Source: an uncultured Acidimicrobiaceae bacterium
Lineage (GTDB): Bacteria > Actinomycetota > Acidimicrobiia > Spongiisociales > SHLN01
Assembly: GCA_947259275.1 (NCBI GenBank)
Contig: CAMYMH010000013.1
Location: 38,896-102,895, forward strand
DNA: 64,000 bases
Direction: 5' to 3'
The notes beneath the pieces were generated by a model. It did no database searches and had not been told where the DNA came from. It was given only the letters and a program-made list of their open reading frames with translations. Below are positions 49,315-58,844 of this stretch, piece after piece. Each line of letters opens with the position of its first letter. Position 1 is the first letter of the stretch. A program made the translations under genes and the position numbers.

Positions 49315-49659
49315 ATGCCTGAGAGCTTCCACGTCGACGTCGTGTCCCCAGAGGCAGTGGTCTTCTCGGGTGAGGCCGAGCTGGTCACAGCCCGTACCAC
49401 CGAAGGCGATATCGGGATCATGGCCGGCCACGAGCCCACCATGGCCGCCCTCGCGACCGGTTCAGCGGAAATCCAAACCGGATCCAGCCGGGTCACTGTG
49501 GCCGTACACGGGGGGTTTCTGCAGGTCTTTCGCAATCAGGTCACCCTGCTGTCCGACCGCGCCGAGGTGGTGGAGGGGGATGCCGACGCCGCTCGGGAAC
49601 AAGCACAGGCATTGCGCCGTGCCGAGGAGGAAGCCCTCGAGGAGGACGATCAGTCGTAG
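49315..49659 (+). CDS. atpC: F0F1 ATP synthase subunit epsilon
   Basis: ATG at 49315. FHVDVVSPEAVVFSGEAELVTARTTEGDIGIMAGHEP. Confidence 0.9.
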   Translation: MPESFHVDVVSPEAVVFSGEAELVTARTTEGDIGIMAGHEPTMAALATGSAEIQTGSSRVTVAVHGGFLQVFRNQVTLLSDRAEVVEGDADAAREQAQALRRAEEEALEEDDQS

Positions 49660-49968
49660 TAGCGGGCGGCGCTCTTGGCCTGGAGATCCGTCCAGGTGCT
49701 GGGCATTTGAAGCTGACTCTCTTCCACCCGTCTCCGATTCGGCGACCGCATCGCAGATGCAGTGACGAAGACGATCAACATCCACAGGGCGCCGAGCCCA
49801 AAGGCCAGGACGTGTGTCCAATTCATGGTCCACTTTCCGTTCGCTATGTCGTGACGAGCTCCGCGCCCTCTCGCCGTGAAGCGAGACTAAACGTAACCGG
49901 GCACAGTCGCCAGCAATTCTCGCGTTCTTGTGGCGTTGAGCCTCACGTTAGGTGTTGGTCCTCGGAGC

Positions 49969-51183
49969 TCAGACCAGCGACGCGCCGGTGATGAACAGGT
50001 TTCGCATGGCGGGATCGCACCGGCTGAGCGTCCCGCGAAACGAGTACCGACTGCCGATCTCGAGCTGGTGCTCGGCTCCGTCGGGGAGCCGTACGATCGC
50101 ATCCACAATCCGGCCGGCGTAGAGGTCGGTCCCGAGCGCGGCGATGGAAAACACGGCCTTGACCCCCGGGCCATCGCCGAAGTCGCGATCGTGGTCGAAC
50201 CGGCGAAGCCGTTTCAGCTCGCCGGACCATGAAACCGCCTTGCCCTCGTACTCGGCTTCGAATATCTCCATAGTGTCGAAGCTGTAGTTCTCCTTGCGGA
50301 AGAGATGTTCGGCCACGGTGGCTGCGTCGCCGATGGTTTCGGTCGGGTCCGGGGCCGCCGACGGCTCCGGTGCGCGGTGCTTCGACCAGCGGTCGACCTC
50401 CGGGTCTGATGGTGCCCGGCGCTTGAGCTCCTCGAACACCTGGCGGCCTCCCCGGGTCTCGCCCCGGGCGTGGCGCATCTCACCGGCCTGCTGCTTGCGG
50501 GAGAAATCGACAAACGGATCCCCGCTAGCGGGTGCCCGCTCGAGGATCTCGAGCGCCTCGCCGACATCGCCGGCGAGGCGCCGGTCCGCCGCCTCGCTCG
50601 AATAGGGGTCGACGCCTCGCAGTTCCTGGGCAACCGACACGAGGCGCTGCATGGTAGAGACCAGCTCGTCGGCGTCGCCGACCAATCCCCGCTTCGAGTA
50701 CGAGATGGCGCGGTCGGTGATGGTCGTTCCCGAGTAGTGCTCGATGAGCCCGCTGATGGCGAGACGGCGTGATGGGGTCAGGTAGGACACGATGCGGTCG
50801 GGGTAGTCGCCTTTCAAAATGATGGCCTGGTCGAAGATGGGGTCCCCAACCTCGATGTCCTGAAAGCCGAGCAGGGCACCGAGGCGGGCAAACGCGTGCT
50901 GGCGTTTTGCCTTCAGGCCGAGGCCGAGCGATGGGTAACCAACCCGGTAGCGGGTGACGGTGTTGTCGTTTGACTGGTGGGTGTCGATCGTGACCGTGAG
51001 CCCGTCGACCGTGCCCGTCATCGACGGCCGGCCGAAAGCGCCCCAGACTCCGTTGGTGGGCTTGAGCACGATCCCGAGCCGGCGGGCGGCCGCTTCCCAG
51101 GATTGATTTGACCGTTTGCGTTGGTTGACGGCGGCTGCAACTACGGCACCGAGGATGCCGATGAAGACGAGAGGAAACACCAC
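49969..51183 (-). CDS. Hypothetical protein with N-terminal membrane anchor
   Basis: 404 aa. MVFPLVFIGILGAVVAAAV TM, no motif recognised. The codon pattern is consistent with neighbouring genes. Confidence 0.55.
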   Translation of the reverse strand: MVFPLVFIGILGAVVAAAVNQRKRSNQSWEAAARRLGIVLKPTNGVWGAFGRPSMTGTVDGLTVTIDTHQSNDNTVTRYRVGYPSLGLGLKAKRQHAFARLGALLGFQDIEVGDPIFDQAIILKGDYPDRIVSYLTPSRRLAISGLIEHYSGTTITDRAISYSKRGLVGDADELVSTMQRLVSVAQELRGVDPYSSEAADRRLAGDVGEALEILERAPASGDPFVDFSRKQQAGEMRHARGETRGGRQVFEELKRRAPSDPEVDRWSKHRAPEPSAAPDPTETIGDAATVAEHLFRKENYSFDTMEIFEAEYEGKAVSWSGELKRLRRFDHDRDFGDGPGVKAVFSIAALGTDLYAGRIVDAIVRLPDGAEHQLEIGSRYSFRGTLSRCDPAMRNLFITGASLV

Positions 51184-51233
51184 CTCACAAGGGTAGTTAG
51201 GGGACGTCTAACCTCCAGCTTCCAGCACTCGTA

Positions 51234-51278
51234 TTTCTTGGCCATGTCCGCCACCTGGCTCGACCCGCGGCCAAGAAA
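51234..51278 (-). terminator. Possible terminator hairpin after korB (10-bp stem, large loop, no clear U-tract)
   Basis: tttcttggcc-N25-ggccaagaaa, 23 nt downstream of the korB stop on the minus strand. Confidence 0.3.
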
Positions 51279-51300
51279 TCGAATGGATACAGGGCGCCGC

Positions 51301-52305
51301 TCAGTCAACCGTCCAGGTGGCGTTGGTCCGCAACACCGAGGCCAGGTCTCCCGGCCCCTTGGCCTCGGTGGCGTCGGCGATTTGCCTCTCCATGTCGTCG
51401 TCGTAGGCCGGTCGCTCCACGTTGCGGAAGATGCCGAGCGGCGTGGGGCCGTGGGGGCCGTGGGCGAGCCGGCTGAGCGCAAACGCGGTTGCGGGGTCGT
51501 CGACGGTGGCATCGTGGGTGTGCACGACGTCCTCTCCGTATTGCTCGACGTCAACGATGAAGGCCCGACCTTCCTCGAGGGCGACGCCCTTCTTCCCGCC
51601 GTCGAAGAGCACTTTCTCGCCCTGGACGAGGCGAATCTGGTTTTCGTCGCGCGATTCCTTGGCAGTCAGCTCGATGAAAGCCTTGTCGTTGAAGACGTTG
51701 CAATTCTGGTAGATCTCGATGAAGGCCGAGCCCTGATGCTGGTGAGCTGCCGTGAGCATTTCGATGGTGTGGGTTCGATCCATGTCGAGGGTGCGGGCCA
51801 CGAAGGTTGCCTCGGCGCCGAGTGCCAGGCTCACCGGATTAAACGGGTGGTCGAGGGAGCCCATCGGGCTGGATTTGGTCCGTTTGCCTGCCTCACTCGT
51901 CGGGGAGTACTGGCCCTTGGTGAGGCCATAGATTTGGTTGTTGAACAGAAGAATCTTGATGTTGACGTTGCGCCTGAGCGCATGGATGAGGTGGTTGCCG
52001 CCGATGGAGAGGGCGTCACCGTCCCCGCTGACCACCCACACCGACAGCTCCGGGCGGGCGGCGGCGATTCCGGTGGCGATGGCAGGGGCTCGTCCATGGA
52101 CGCTGTGCATTCCGAAGGTTTCCATGTAATACGGAAAGCGGGCGGCGCACCCGATGCCGGACACGAATACCACATTCTCCTTCGGTATTCCGGCATCGGC
52201 CATGAATAGCTGTACCGAGGCCAGGATCGTGTAATCACCGCAGCCGGGGCACCAGCGGACTTCCTGATCGGACTGGAAGTCCTGACGGGTATAGGCGATG
52301 GTCAC
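51301..52305 (-). CDS. korB: 2-oxoacid:ferredoxin oxidoreductase beta subunit (TPP-binding), set 1
   Basis: WCPGCGDY, SGIGCA, GDGDALSIGGNH, NNQIYGLTKGQ. 4-nt overlap with the alpha gene. Confidence 0.9.
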   Translation of the reverse strand: MTIAYTRQDFQSDQEVRWCPGCGDYTILASVQLFMADAGIPKENVVFVSGIGCAARFPYYMETFGMHSVHGRAPAIATGIAAARPELSVWVVSGDGDALSIGGNHLIHALRRNVNIKILLFNNQIYGLTKGQYSPTSEAGKRTKSSPMGSLDHPFNPVSLALGAEATFVARTLDMDRTHTIEMLTAAHQHQGSAFIEIYQNCNVFNDKAFIELTAKESRDENQIRLVQGEKVLFDGGKKGVALEEGRAFIVDVEQYGEDVVHTHDATVDDPATAFALSRLAHGPHGPTPLGIFRNVERPAYDDDMERQIADATEAKGPGDLASVLRTNATWTVD

Positions 52306-54173
52306 GGCATTTCCAGGGTCTCGATGATCTTGTCCTTGATCTCGGCCGCCTTGAAAGGCAGGCCCTGCACTTTGGAGAACGAGATGGCCGGCACCAGAAA
52401 CTCAGCCCGCAGCAGCCGAGAGAGCTGACCGCGATTGAGCTCGGGTACCAGCACCTTGGGGTAGCGGGCCAACACTTCGCCGAGGTTGTTGGCAAAGGGG
52501 TGGAGGTGTCGGAGATGAATGTGGGCCACCTTGTAGCCCTCCAGGCGGGTGTTGTTGACTCCGGCCCGGGTGGCCGAGTAGGTCGAGCCCCATCCGACGA
52601 CCAGCAGCTCGGCGTCGGCGTCATCCTCGACCTCGATATCGGGAATGTCGTTGGCCACCGCCGCCACCTTTTGCTCGCGCAGCAGGGTCATTACTTCGTG
52701 GTTGATCGGGTCGTAGCTGACGTCGCCGGTCAACTGGTCCTTCTCCAGGCCGCCCACCCGGTGTTCCAGTCCCGGGGTACCCGGGACCGCCCACGGACGC
52801 GCCAGCGTCTCGGGATCGCGCAGATAGGGCATGAACTCTTTGCCCTCGATATGGGTGGCAAACGAGGTCGGGAATGACGGCAGGTTCGCCGAGTCGGGGA
52901 GCAGCCACGGCTCGGAGCTGGTGCCGATGTAGCCGTCCGACAGCAGAATGACCGGGGTCATGTATTTGATGGCGATCCGGCAGGCCTCGATGGCCGCGTC
53001 GAAGGCGTCACCCGGGCTGGAGGCAGCAATAACCGGCAGCGGGGCATCACCATGGCGGCCGTGAATCGACATCATCAGGTCCGACTGCTCGGTCTTGGTG
53101 GGGAGACCGGTCGAGGGGCCGCCGCGCTGGACGTTGAGGATGATGAGCGGAAGCTCGGCCATCAACGCCAGGCTGATGGTTTCGCTCTTGAGGGCGACGC
53201 CGGGGCCGCTGGTCCCGGTGACCCCGAGGTGGCCGACGAATGCGGCTCCCAGCGCCAGACCCACCGCCGCGATCTCGTCCTCGGCCTGGAAAGTCTTGAT
53301 GCCGAAGTTCTTGTGCCTGGCCAGCTCGTGCAGGACGTCACTCGCCGGGGTGATCGGGTAGGAAGCGTAGAAGAGGGGTATTCCGGCCGCCTGGGCGCCG
53401 GCGATCAGGCCCCAGGCAATCGTCTGGTTGCCGACCACATTCGTGTATTCACCGGGGGGAAGATCGGCGGCCGGGACTTCGAAGGTGGAATGAGCGAATG
53501 CTTCGGTGGTAATGCCGTAGTTGTATCCCGCCTTGAAGGCGGCCGTGTTGGCGGCCAGTACCTCAGGCTTGGCAGCGAATTTCTCGGCCACCCAGTCGAG
53601 GGTGGTCTCCTGGGGCCGATCGAACATCCAGGCAAGGGCGCCGAGCGCGAAGAAGTTTTTTGAACGCAGGACCTCGCGACCCTGCACCCCGCTGTCCTTG
53701 ACGGCTTCTTTGGTCAGCTCGTCCATGGGGGCGGCCAGCACGTTGTACCCGTCCAGGGTGCCGTCTTCGCGGGGATCTGTCTCGTAGCCGGCTTTGGCCA
53801 GGTTGCGCTCCTCGAAGCTGTCGGTGTTGATCACTATGACCCCGCCGGGCATGACGTCGTCGAGGTTCTTCTTCAGGGCGGCCGGGTTCATCGCCACCAG
53901 GACGTCGGGGGCGTCGCCCGGAGTGAGGATGTCGCCGCCCGCGATGTGGATCTGGAAGGCCGAAACACCGGCCAGCGTCCCGGCCGGGGCGCGGATCTCC
54001 GCGGGGAAGTTGGGGAGGGTGGCTAGGTCGTTCCCGAAGGCGGCGGATGCGTCGGTGAACCGGGCCCCGGCCAGCTGCATGCCGTCTCCCGAGTCCCCGG
54101 CGAAACGGATGACGACTCGCTGGCGGCGTTCGCGGTCGGAAATGGGTGGTGCGGAGTCTTGAGTGATGGCCAC
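52302..54173 (-). CDS. korA: 2-oxoacid:ferredoxin oxidoreductase alpha subunit, set 1
   Basis: Likely GTG start at 54173 (VAITQDS...). The track extension to 54524 overlaps the amidase gene. FAGDSGDGMQLAG, YPITPAS, EDEIAA, GGPSTGLPTK. Confidence 0.9.
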   Translation of the reverse strand: MAITQDSAPPISDRERRQRVVIRFAGDSGDGMQLAGARFTDASAAFGNDLATLPNFPAEIRAPAGTLAGVSAFQIHIAGGDILTPGDAPDVLVAMNPAALKKNLDDVMPGGVIVINTDSFEERNLAKAGYETDPREDGTLDGYNVLAAPMDELTKEAVKDSGVQGREVLRSKNFFALGALAWMFDRPQETTLDWVAEKFAAKPEVLAANTAAFKAGYNYGITTEAFAHSTFEVPAADLPPGEYTNVVGNQTIAWGLIAGAQAAGIPLFYASYPITPASDVLHELARHKNFGIKTFQAEDEIAAVGLALGAAFVGHLGVTGTSGPGVALKSETISLALMAELPLIILNVQRGGPSTGLPTKTEQSDLMMSIHGRHGDAPLPVIAASSPGDAFDAAIEACRIAIKYMTPVILLSDGYIGTSSEPWLLPDSANLPSFPTSFATHIEGKEFMPYLRDPETLARPWAVPGTPGLEHRVGGLEKDQLTGDVSYDPINHEVMTLLREQKVAAVANDIPDIEVEDDADAELLVVGWGSTYSATRAGVNNTRLEGYKVAHIHLRHLHPFANNLGEVLARYPKVLVPELNRGQLSRLLRAEFLVPAISFSKVQGLPFKAAEIKDKIIETLEMP

Positions 54174-54232
54174 GATCGAACTGAAGATTAGAACACCGGG
54201 GAGAGTAGCGGGTCGCTTTCGGCTGCGGGGCG

Positions 54233-55621
54233 CTAGCCGTTGGGGGGTGGTCGGAATCGCACCACGCCCGAACGCTCGAGTGCCATCCCGACGGCGAGCA
54301 ACCGGTCCTCCGACCAGTCCGGCCCAATCACCTGGATCGAGGGTGGCGGGGAGCCCCCTTCGTGCAAGGGGACCACCAGCGCCGGGTGTCCGGCGTGATT
54401 TACGAGGGCCGAGAACATGGAGAAGGCCTGCCGGTACCCCATCTCCTCCCCGTCGACCATCAGCTGGGGGGCGCCAATGGGTTTGCGATTGGCTGCCACC
54501 GCAGGCGTTAACAGGACGTCGCACTCCCGGAACAGATCGAAGGTGTGCTCGCGGAGTTGTTCACGCCACCGTTTGGCTTCCACGCCGGCCGCCACGGTCA
54601 CCGCCATGGTGGGGCCCAGGCGATCCGCCACCTCCGGCCCGTACTCGTCGGCCCGGGACGGAAACCATTTGCCGTGTACGACCGCGATCTCGCTCGAGGC
54701 CGCCTGGTTGATATGGCCGGGTGGCTGGACGAAGTCGTCCTCCAGGTGGCGGATCTCGGCGCCTGAGCCGGCCAGCCTGCCGAGGGCGGCGTCGAAGGCG
54801 GCCCGCAGCGGCGGGTCGACCCGGTGATCGACCCACGGGTGGGGCACTCCCACGACGAGTTCGGGGAGCTCGGCAGCCGGGTCGGGTACCCGAACCGGCT
54901 CGACCTGAGAATACGGATCGGCGGGGTCGGGCCCGGCGATCACCGCGTAGATGAGGGCGGCGTCTTCCACGGTGCGGGTGAGGGGCCCGACGGTGTCGAG
55001 GCTGGGAGCGAGCGGGAACACGCCGGTGAGCGGCACCCGCCCGTGGGTCACCTTGAGCCCGACGGTGCCGCAAACCGCCGCCGGTACCCGCACCGACCCA
55101 CCGGTGTCGGTCCCGATGGCGACCGCACTCAAACCGGCCGCCACCGCCACCGCCGACCCGCCCGACGACCCGCCCGGCGACGTGCCCGGATCCCACGGGT
55201 TGCGGACCGCGCCGAACCAGTGGTTCTCAGACGAGAAGCCGTAGGCGAACTCGTGGAGTCCGGTCCGCCCGATCACGATTGCCCCGGCCGCTTCCAGGCG
55301 CTCAACGACGGTGGCTGACTGCTTGCCCACCTGGCGGTAGAACGAGGAGCCGGCCGTGGTCGGCAGGCCCTTCTGGTCGATGAGGTCCTTGAGGGCGACG
55401 GTGACGCCGGCCAGGGGCCCGACCTCGTCACCGGAGAACATCTGCCGGTCGAGGAGCTCGGCACGCAGCAGAGCCTGTCGGCGATCGATGAAGGTGTAGG
55501 CGTTGAGCCGGTCCTGCGAGGCTTCGCTGCGGTCGAGGTAGAGGGTCACCAGCTCCCGGATGGTCACGGCCCGGATACGGATGAGCTCGAGTTGCTCGGT
55601 GGCAGAGAGAAATGGGTCCAA
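54233..55621 (-). CDS. Amidase-signature family amidase (GatA-like)
   Basis: [14 protein letters not shown] amidase signature and [18 protein letters not shown] at 55621 is the first start-like codon after the upstream stop at 55654. Confidence 0.85.
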   Translation of the reverse strand: MDPFLSATEQLELIRIRAVTIRELVTLYLDRSEASQDRLNAYTFIDRRQALLRAELLDRQMFSGDEVGPLAGVTVALKDLIDQKGLPTTAGSSFYRQVGKQSATVVERLEAAGAIVIGRTGLHEFAYGFSSENHWFGAVRNPWDPGTSPGGSSGGSAVAVAAGLSAVAIGTDTGGSVRVPAAVCGTVGLKVTHGRVPLTGVFPLAPSLDTVGPLTRTVEDAALIYAVIAGPDPADPYSQVEPVRVPDPAAELPELVVGVPHPWVDHRVDPPLRAAFDAALGRLAGSGAEIRHLEDDFVQPPGHINQAASSEIAVVHGKWFPSRADEYGPEVADRLGPTMAVTVAAGVEAKRWREQLREHTFDLFRECDVLLTPAVAANRKPIGAPQLMVDGEEMGYRQAFSMFSALVNHAGHPALVVPLHEGGSPPPSIQVIGPDWSEDRLLAVGMALERSGVVRFRPPPNG

Positions 55622-55653
55622 GGTGTGGATCCTATCGTCGCCGCCATCCCCGC

Positions 55654-57852
55654 CTAGTTGAAAGCGGCAGCTCGCTCGACCAGTTCTTCCAGGCCCGGCT
55701 CGCTCGGATTCCACGGCTTACCCGGGTGGATGATTGCCACCTGGCAGGCCTCGGCTGCCTCGACCATTTGGCGGTAGCTGCCGGCGCCGAGGTCGGCGAT
55801 GATTGCCTGCTTGTTCTCGTCGTAGGCGAACATCCTCGAGTTGAGAGTGGTGCACTCGTCGCAGGTGGTGCAACGGGCGGTCTCGATATAGGGCTCATCG
55901 GCCGGAGGCGCCTCCTCCGGCAACTCAACGACCGCCGCTTCCTCAACCGCCGGCGGGGTCTCGAGCTCCTCGACCGGCCGCTCCTCCACGATCACCGCGG
56001 CGGCGGCCGAGCCGGCGGTAACCTCTTTCAGCTCCCGCGCCGTTTCCTCCTCCCAGCGGGCACGCGCTTGTTCCAGCAGCCGCCGGGCGTGAGAGTTGTG
56101 AATGCCTCCCAGCTCTTGCAGGCTGTTCCACTGCCGCCGGCAACGGCGGGCAGCCTCGATCAGCTCACGGTCGACCACCAGTCGCTGCAGCAGGTTGTCG
56201 GCGGTGGCCATCAGGATGTAGGGCACCTTTCCCGGCGGAGCCTCTCCATTGAGGAACCGCCAGGCCGGCTCCATCTGGTCGTTCCAGGAGCTGCGTGGCA
56301 CCGGTACGAAATGATCCGCATAGCGGCTATCGCAAGCCGCGAAGTCCACGAACGTGAACCTGACTTCCTCGGTGATTCTCTGCAGGTTGTCGTCTTCGTA
56401 AGTGAGCGCTTCGACCGGCCAGTCGTCGTCGGCCGCCGGATTGCCGTCCACTCGAAAGCGGGCGGCCCAATCGTCCCCGGCTCCGGGGTCGTAGGTGAAG
56501 GCGGGAAAGGCCCGGGATCGCATGGCCGAGGCGGCGGTGAGGTACCGCGGCAAATCCCGGACATGCTTCTTGGAGCCGCCAAACACGCTAAACAAGGCCG
56601 GGCCCTGGTGGGAGAGACCGGCGACCACCGTCTCCTCCATCCGGGGCAGATTGGAACTGGCGGATTGCATGGTGAAAGCTTCGCCCAGCCCGATCGCCAG
56701 GTTGCCGAGCCGTCCGCCTCCCACCCCCGGAGACCAGCGCACGTCGCCGATCGGTGACTCGCCGAGGATGTCGTCGCTCTCGACCAGCACTTTGATGGGA
56801 AGGCTGGAGGAGAGTATGTCGACCAGCTGGGCCTGTTCCGTCCCCACCACGTCCTCTGCCTGCATGGTGACCAGATAGGAGGGAAACGCCGCCAGATCTT
56901 GCGCAGTCGGCGAGGTCTCGTCGAAGGCCGCGAAGAACTCATCGTGCTTGGGCTCCCGGTACCGGTTCTCGATCTCGAGCCTGGCGATGGTCATGGCCTT
57001 GATCAGCTCCAGCATCTCGGGAACTCGCTGGCGGAAAGCGGTTGCCGCCGCGGTGGCGCGGTCGAACCGGAAGGAGTAGGGCGTCGCCTTTCCTCCCGGA
57101 ATGAAACGCTGGTTCTCCAGGATGGAGAGTATGGATTCCAGCCGCCGGCGCCGATCCGGCCCAACCGCACCGGAGGGTGTCCCGGTCACCATCCGCGACC
57201 AGGCCTCGAAGTCGAATTCCCGACGGTGGCTCACCCCAACCGACCCGGCCAGTCTTTCGGGGGCCAGGCCCGCTTGGGAACGGGAGTAGTCGGCCTGCAG
57301 GATATTGGACAGCCGCAGGGTGAGCTCGGCGATCTCCTGGCGCACCACCAGTCTCTGCCGTTTCCCAACCGCCGTCCAGATGTGCTCCAGGAAGTCGGAG
57401 GCGAGCCGGTCGTCACAATCAACTGCCCGGCCGTCTACCAGCCGGGCCGCCTCAGCTTTGGCCAGGCTGGCTTGGACGAGAGCCGCCTCGTCGGCGTTCG
57501 TTTCTGCCAGCAGGCCCTTGGCAGCCGCCTCCCACATTTGGGATAGCAATCCGACTTCACCCCCGGATACGGCGCGGCGAATCCGCAGCTCGAGGCCAAG
57601 CAGGTGGCGCCGGATGCGCTCCCCGGAGGGCCCGGGTGGGGCGACCTCCCGGAGGATGTCGTCGAACAGCTCCGACAGGCTGAGAGTGAGGGAGTCCCCA
57701 TTCTCTGTCAGCAGCAGCGGGAAGTCGTAGCGAAGCGTCGAGAGGTCTTGGAGGGATGCCAGCACCGCCGGTCGGAGTCCGGGTGGCGCAGGCTCGGTGT
57801 CGGTCGGCGGCTCGCCGGTGAGATGGAATCGAACCAGCTCAGGTAGCAGCAT
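55654..57852 (-). CDS. Uncharacterised 732-aa protein with C-terminal single-cluster ferredoxin domain and a central region resembling a degenerate PFOR TPP-domain tail
   Basis: ATG at 57852 with SD aggagg. It overlaps the OFOR-beta stop by 14 nt. C-terminus CTTCDEC...CQVAIIHPG. The central IKVLVESDDILGES...GPALFSVFGGS...SRAFPAFTYDP parallels the PFOR order [18 protein letters not shown]...GPSLVIAY...SGYWPLFRYDP (recalled from memory). Confidence 0.7.
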   Translation of the reverse strand: MLLPELVRFHLTGEPPTDTEPAPPGLRPAVLASLQDLSTLRYDFPLLLTENGDSLTLSLSELFDDILREVAPPGPSGERIRRHLLGLELRIRRAVSGGEVGLLSQMWEAAAKGLLAETNADEAALVQASLAKAEAARLVDGRAVDCDDRLASDFLEHIWTAVGKRQRLVVRQEIAELTLRLSNILQADYSRSQAGLAPERLAGSVGVSHRREFDFEAWSRMVTGTPSGAVGPDRRRRLESILSILENQRFIPGGKATPYSFRFDRATAAATAFRQRVPEMLELIKAMTIARLEIENRYREPKHDEFFAAFDETSPTAQDLAAFPSYLVTMQAEDVVGTEQAQLVDILSSSLPIKVLVESDDILGESPIGDVRWSPGVGGGRLGNLAIGLGEAFTMQSASSNLPRMEETVVAGLSHQGPALFSVFGGSKKHVRDLPRYLTAASAMRSRAFPAFTYDPGAGDDWAARFRVDGNPAADDDWPVEALTYEDDNLQRITEEVRFTFVDFAACDSRYADHFVPVPRSSWNDQMEPAWRFLNGEAPPGKVPYILMATADNLLQRLVVDRELIEAARRCRRQWNSLQELGGIHNSHARRLLEQARARWEEETARELKEVTAGSAAAAVIVEERPVEELETPPAVEEAAVVELPEEAPPADEPYIETARCTTCDECTTLNSRMFAYDENKQAIIADLGAGSYRQMVEAAEACQVAIIHPGKPWNPSEPGLEELVERAAAFN

Positions 57853-58828
57853 GCTCTTTTTCCTCCTGCTCCGGCCAGATGGTGAACCGGTCGAGCTCTG
57901 CTTCGAAGCCCTTGGCGATCGCATCGGGCGTGTAGAGCCGGTCGGGTTTGCGTAGCTCTTCGTATCGAGGGATCTCGGGGTTGCGATAGAGGATGCCGAC
58001 CGGGATCGCGTCGGCGCCTGCCGCGATGTCTTTGGCTCGCAGCAGATCGAGTGGGTCGTGTTCCTCCTGATTGCGATAGGTGCGGCTCAGGGAGGGGGCG
58101 GGCTGGATGCCGTCTTGATGAGAAAGCAACAACACTCGCGCCGGGTCCTGCACCCAGGGATCGAAGAAGGCGGGCAAGTACTCCGGGCACCGCTGCAGTA
58201 CCCGAATAAACGAGAAACCCTTGTGATGGAAGGCGAGCGAGACGATCTGATGGAGCAGTTCGGGGATCCAGTCAACTGCCTGCGCGACGAACGAGGCGTT
58301 GGTCACCCCCAGTGTGACGCTGAGCGGATCGAGGGGGTTGAGATCGGCGCCGTAGGGGGTGGTGTTGCTCTTCAGGCCGAGCGGGGAGGTAGGAGATGCC
58401 TGATGCTTGGTGAGGCCGTAGGTCCGGTTGTCGTGCATCACCACCGTCATGTCCATGTTGTATCGAAGGGCGTGGATCCAGTGGGCGGTGCCGATGCTGC
58501 AGCAGTCACCGTCCCCGGTGTTGACAAACACGTGCAGGTCGGGACGGCGGATCTTGATTCCCTCGGCGACCGGAAGCGCCCGGCCGTGCAGGCCGTGGAA
58601 GCCGTAGGTGTTCATGTAGTGGGGGAAGCGGCCGGAGCAGCCGATGCCGGACACGAACACCACCTTTTCTTGTGGGAGCTGCTCATCTCGACAGAGGCGC
58701 TGGAGCGAGGTGAGGATGGCGTTGTCGCCGCAGCCGGTGCACCAGCGGGGGACCCCACCTTCGTAATCCTCGATGGTGGAGCGCTCATCGTCGGACAACA
58801 GCACGCAGTCGGTTGCGGTAAGTGCCAT
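57839..58828 (-). CDS. 2-oxoacid:ferredoxin oxidoreductase beta subunit (TPP-binding), set 2
   Basis: WCTGCGDN, SGIGCSGRFP, GDGDCCSIGTAH, HDNRTYGLTKHQ. Confidence 0.9.
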   Translation of the reverse strand: MALTATDCVLLSDDERSTIEDYEGGVPRWCTGCGDNAILTSLQRLCRDEQLPQEKVVFVSGIGCSGRFPHYMNTYGFHGLHGRALPVAEGIKIRRPDLHVFVNTGDGDCCSIGTAHWIHALRYNMDMTVVMHDNRTYGLTKHQASPTSPLGLKSNTTPYGADLNPLDPLSVTLGVTNASFVAQAVDWIPELLHQIVSLAFHHKGFSFIRVLQRCPEYLPAFFDPWVQDPARVLLLSHQDGIQPAPSLSRTYRNQEEHDPLDLLRAKDIAAGADAIPVGILYRNPEIPRYEELRKPDRLYTPDAIAKGFEAELDRFTIWPEQEEKEHAAT

Positions 58829-58844
58829 AGGTGGTGACCTCCTC

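Noticed and set aside
49650-49826. 58-codon minus-strand ORF (MNWTHVLAFGLGALWMLIVFVTASAM...) with one hydrophobic helix, converging on and overlapping the atpC stop by 10 nt.
   Set aside because: It has only a weak RBS, it is below the ORF-track threshold, and I recognise no family resemblance. It may still be a real small membrane protein, but the sequence alone does not support it.
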